A DNA stretch of 64,000 nucleotides, from contig CAVSDR010000004.1 in the NCBI GenBank assembly GCA_963726745.1, forward strand, positions 64,001-128,000. Direction: 5' to 3'. This document shows, piece after piece, positions 62,749 to 64,000 of the stretch. Numbering within the stretch: position 1 is the stretch's first letter; every line of letters starts with the position of its first letter. A program made the translations under genes and the position numbers. Under the pieces are notes generated by a model. It was not told the origin of the DNA, did no database searches, and was given only the letters and a program-made list of their open reading frames with translations. This DNA is from an uncultured Verrucomicrobiae bacterium. Its GTDB lineage: Bacteria > Verrucomicrobiota > Verrucomicrobiia > Chthoniobacterales > UBA10450.

Positions 62749-63168
62749 CTAAACCTCGATCGCGGTGCGCGCGGCTTTGCTCATGGCGGCGCGGAGGTTG
62801 TCCTTTTGCGCCGGGGTGGCGTTGGCCACTTCGGCCACGGCCTTGGCCGCGGGATGCACTTCCCGGCGCAGGACGCGCGCGGTCTCGACGTTGATCGGCT
62901 CAGTCGCGAGCGCTTGCACTCCACGTTGATCCGCCGGGTCCACCGGCGTGTAGGAGACGTGCACGATCTGCTGGAAGACGCCTTGCGCGTCCTTTTTGTA
63001 GAGGTCGAAGACCAGCTTCCAGAGCGGGTCGTTCGCCGCGCTGCAGGACTTCTCGACTACGAGCTCGAATTTGTAGCCGGCTTCCGGGCTGGCGACGAAG
63101 ACTTCGAGGATGAAAGGCCGGCATTTCTTCGGGCCGACGGCGATGACGCTGAGGTTGGACTCGGGCAT
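62749..63168 (-). CDS. Hypothetical soluble protein
   Basis: Clean ORF with typical codon usage; ATG at 63168 inferred; no recognisable motif. Confidence 0.7.
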   Translation of the reverse strand: MPESNLSVIAVGPKKCRPFILEVFVASPEAGYKFELVVEKSCSAANDPLWKLVFDLYKKDAQGVFQQIVHVSYTPVDPADQRGVQALATEPINVETARVLRREVHPAAKAVAEVANATPAQKDNLRAAMSKAARTAIEV

Positions 63169-63209
63169 GGTTTCTGGGGTTGGGACTGGGAGGTTTTCGA
63201 GGCGGACAT

Positions 63210-64000
63210 TTAACTTGCCGGCGGACGGGCGTTTTCCTCGCGGCCGATGAGCTGGGCGAGCGCGGGGCGCAAGCTGGTGAGGTTCTTGAGCAGGTTGTAC
63301 CAATAAGGCGCGCCGAGCGTGAGAAGCGCGGCGAAGAGCGCCATCCCCGGAAGATGCCGGCTAAAGACGGCGACCCGCTCGCCGAAACTGGCGCCGCCCG
63401 GCCAGCGCCAATAGCCCACCGGGATAAACTCGAAGCCGGTCGCGCTCACCTCGCGCGTCATCTCGGCTATTTGCTCGCGCTTCTCCGCGAAATCCGCCCG
63501 CGTCCCGGCCGCGAGCAGGCGCTCAAATTGCGCCGGATCGAATTGCCCCGCCGCCGCCTGCGCCAGCGCCGCGCGCAATTCGCCGGCGTTGCTGATCCCG
63601 TCGAGCGAGATCGGCGGGCGCTCATTCTCGCGGGCCCACTCATCGGCCACGCGCGCGAGCAGGGCCGGGCGCGCCGCGCCCACCGCATCCGCCTGCACTA
63701 CGGCGCGGGCGGCCTGGGCCACGAGCGCCTCGCGCGCGGCGGCGTTGGTGCTCGCGTGGTGGAAAATTTCCACCGCATCGAGTTGCAGGAAAAGCGCGAG
63801 GAGCGCGCTCGCAGCGATCGTGAGCCCGCGGGTGTGCAATTGGAACCACTGCTGCGCGCGGTCCTGCGCGGTGCCGAACCAACGCTCGAATTTTTCCCGC
63901 GCCGCATCCGCCGCGACCAGGAAATTAGCCGGCATATTCTCTACCGTGTCGACCAGCTTTCCCTGGAGCGCGGCATCGGGAATTTCCTCCAGGAGCGCGC
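63210..64000 (-). CDS. Hypothetical membrane protein, 5'-truncated by the window edge
   Basis: ERWF..Q.F, TM + LQLDA, and TM + LGAPYWYNLL; frame is open to the window end. Confidence 0.7.
   Translation of the reverse strand, partial: ALLEEIPDAALQGKLVDTVENMPANFLVAADAAREKFERWFGTAQDRAQQWFQLHTRGLTIAASALLALFLQLDAVEIFHHASTNAAAREALVAQAARAVVQADAVGAARPALLARVADEWARENERPPISLDGISNAGELRAALAQAAAGQFDPAQFERLLAAGTRADFAEKREQIAEMTREVSATGFEFIPVGYWRWPGGASFGERVAVFSRHLPGMALFAALLTLGAPYWYNLLKNLTSLRPALAQLIGREENARPPAS

Noticed and set aside
1..64000. Many long antisense and alternative-frame ORFs (e.g. 3423-4601, 5443-6741, 15338-16711, 43773-45032)
   Set aside because: Expected shadows of high-GC coding sequence; Arg/Ala/Pro-rich and without motifs.
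1..64000. Frequent CTCGAG, CGATCG and GCGCGC palindromes
   Set aside because: Readily explained by preferred codons (CTC-GAG, GCG-ATC-G, GCG-CGC) and GC content; not counted rigorously.
58115..64000. Prophage lysis cassette
   Set aside because: No integrase, structural, terminase or holin/spanin genes recognised.

Overview
GC-rich (roughly 65%, estimated by eye) bacterial chromosomal segment, densely coding, with about 50 genes. I recognised no rRNA, tRNA, CRISPR array, integrase or transposase. Gene content and style suggest Verrucomicrobiota (inference only). It holds housekeeping genes (pgm, lnt, thiE, accBC, ppc, gltA, sucCD, ku), many secreted hydrolases, a porin-MFS-cupin-kinase sugar operon, a pgaBCD-like exopolysaccharide operon with an unusual PgaB architecture, an ABC-permease/amidohydrolase fusion, and an uncharacterised five-gene cluster at the right end (membrane protein, small protein, Omp85-like barrel, lysozyme-SH3-CHAP-like protein, EEP nuclease). 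About ten apparent frameshifts look like long-read consensus errors. The strongest non-gene signal is a dispersed non-palindromic motif, TCGTTAG(GC). I counted 49 copies by eye (about 1 per 1.3 kb, 25 forward and 24 reverse), written into genes in several reading frames with rare codons and sometimes serving as a shared double stop codon. A related second motif, WWWTAGCC, behaves similarly. This resembles a DNA-uptake-sequence or HIP1-type genome signature that I do not recognise as described.
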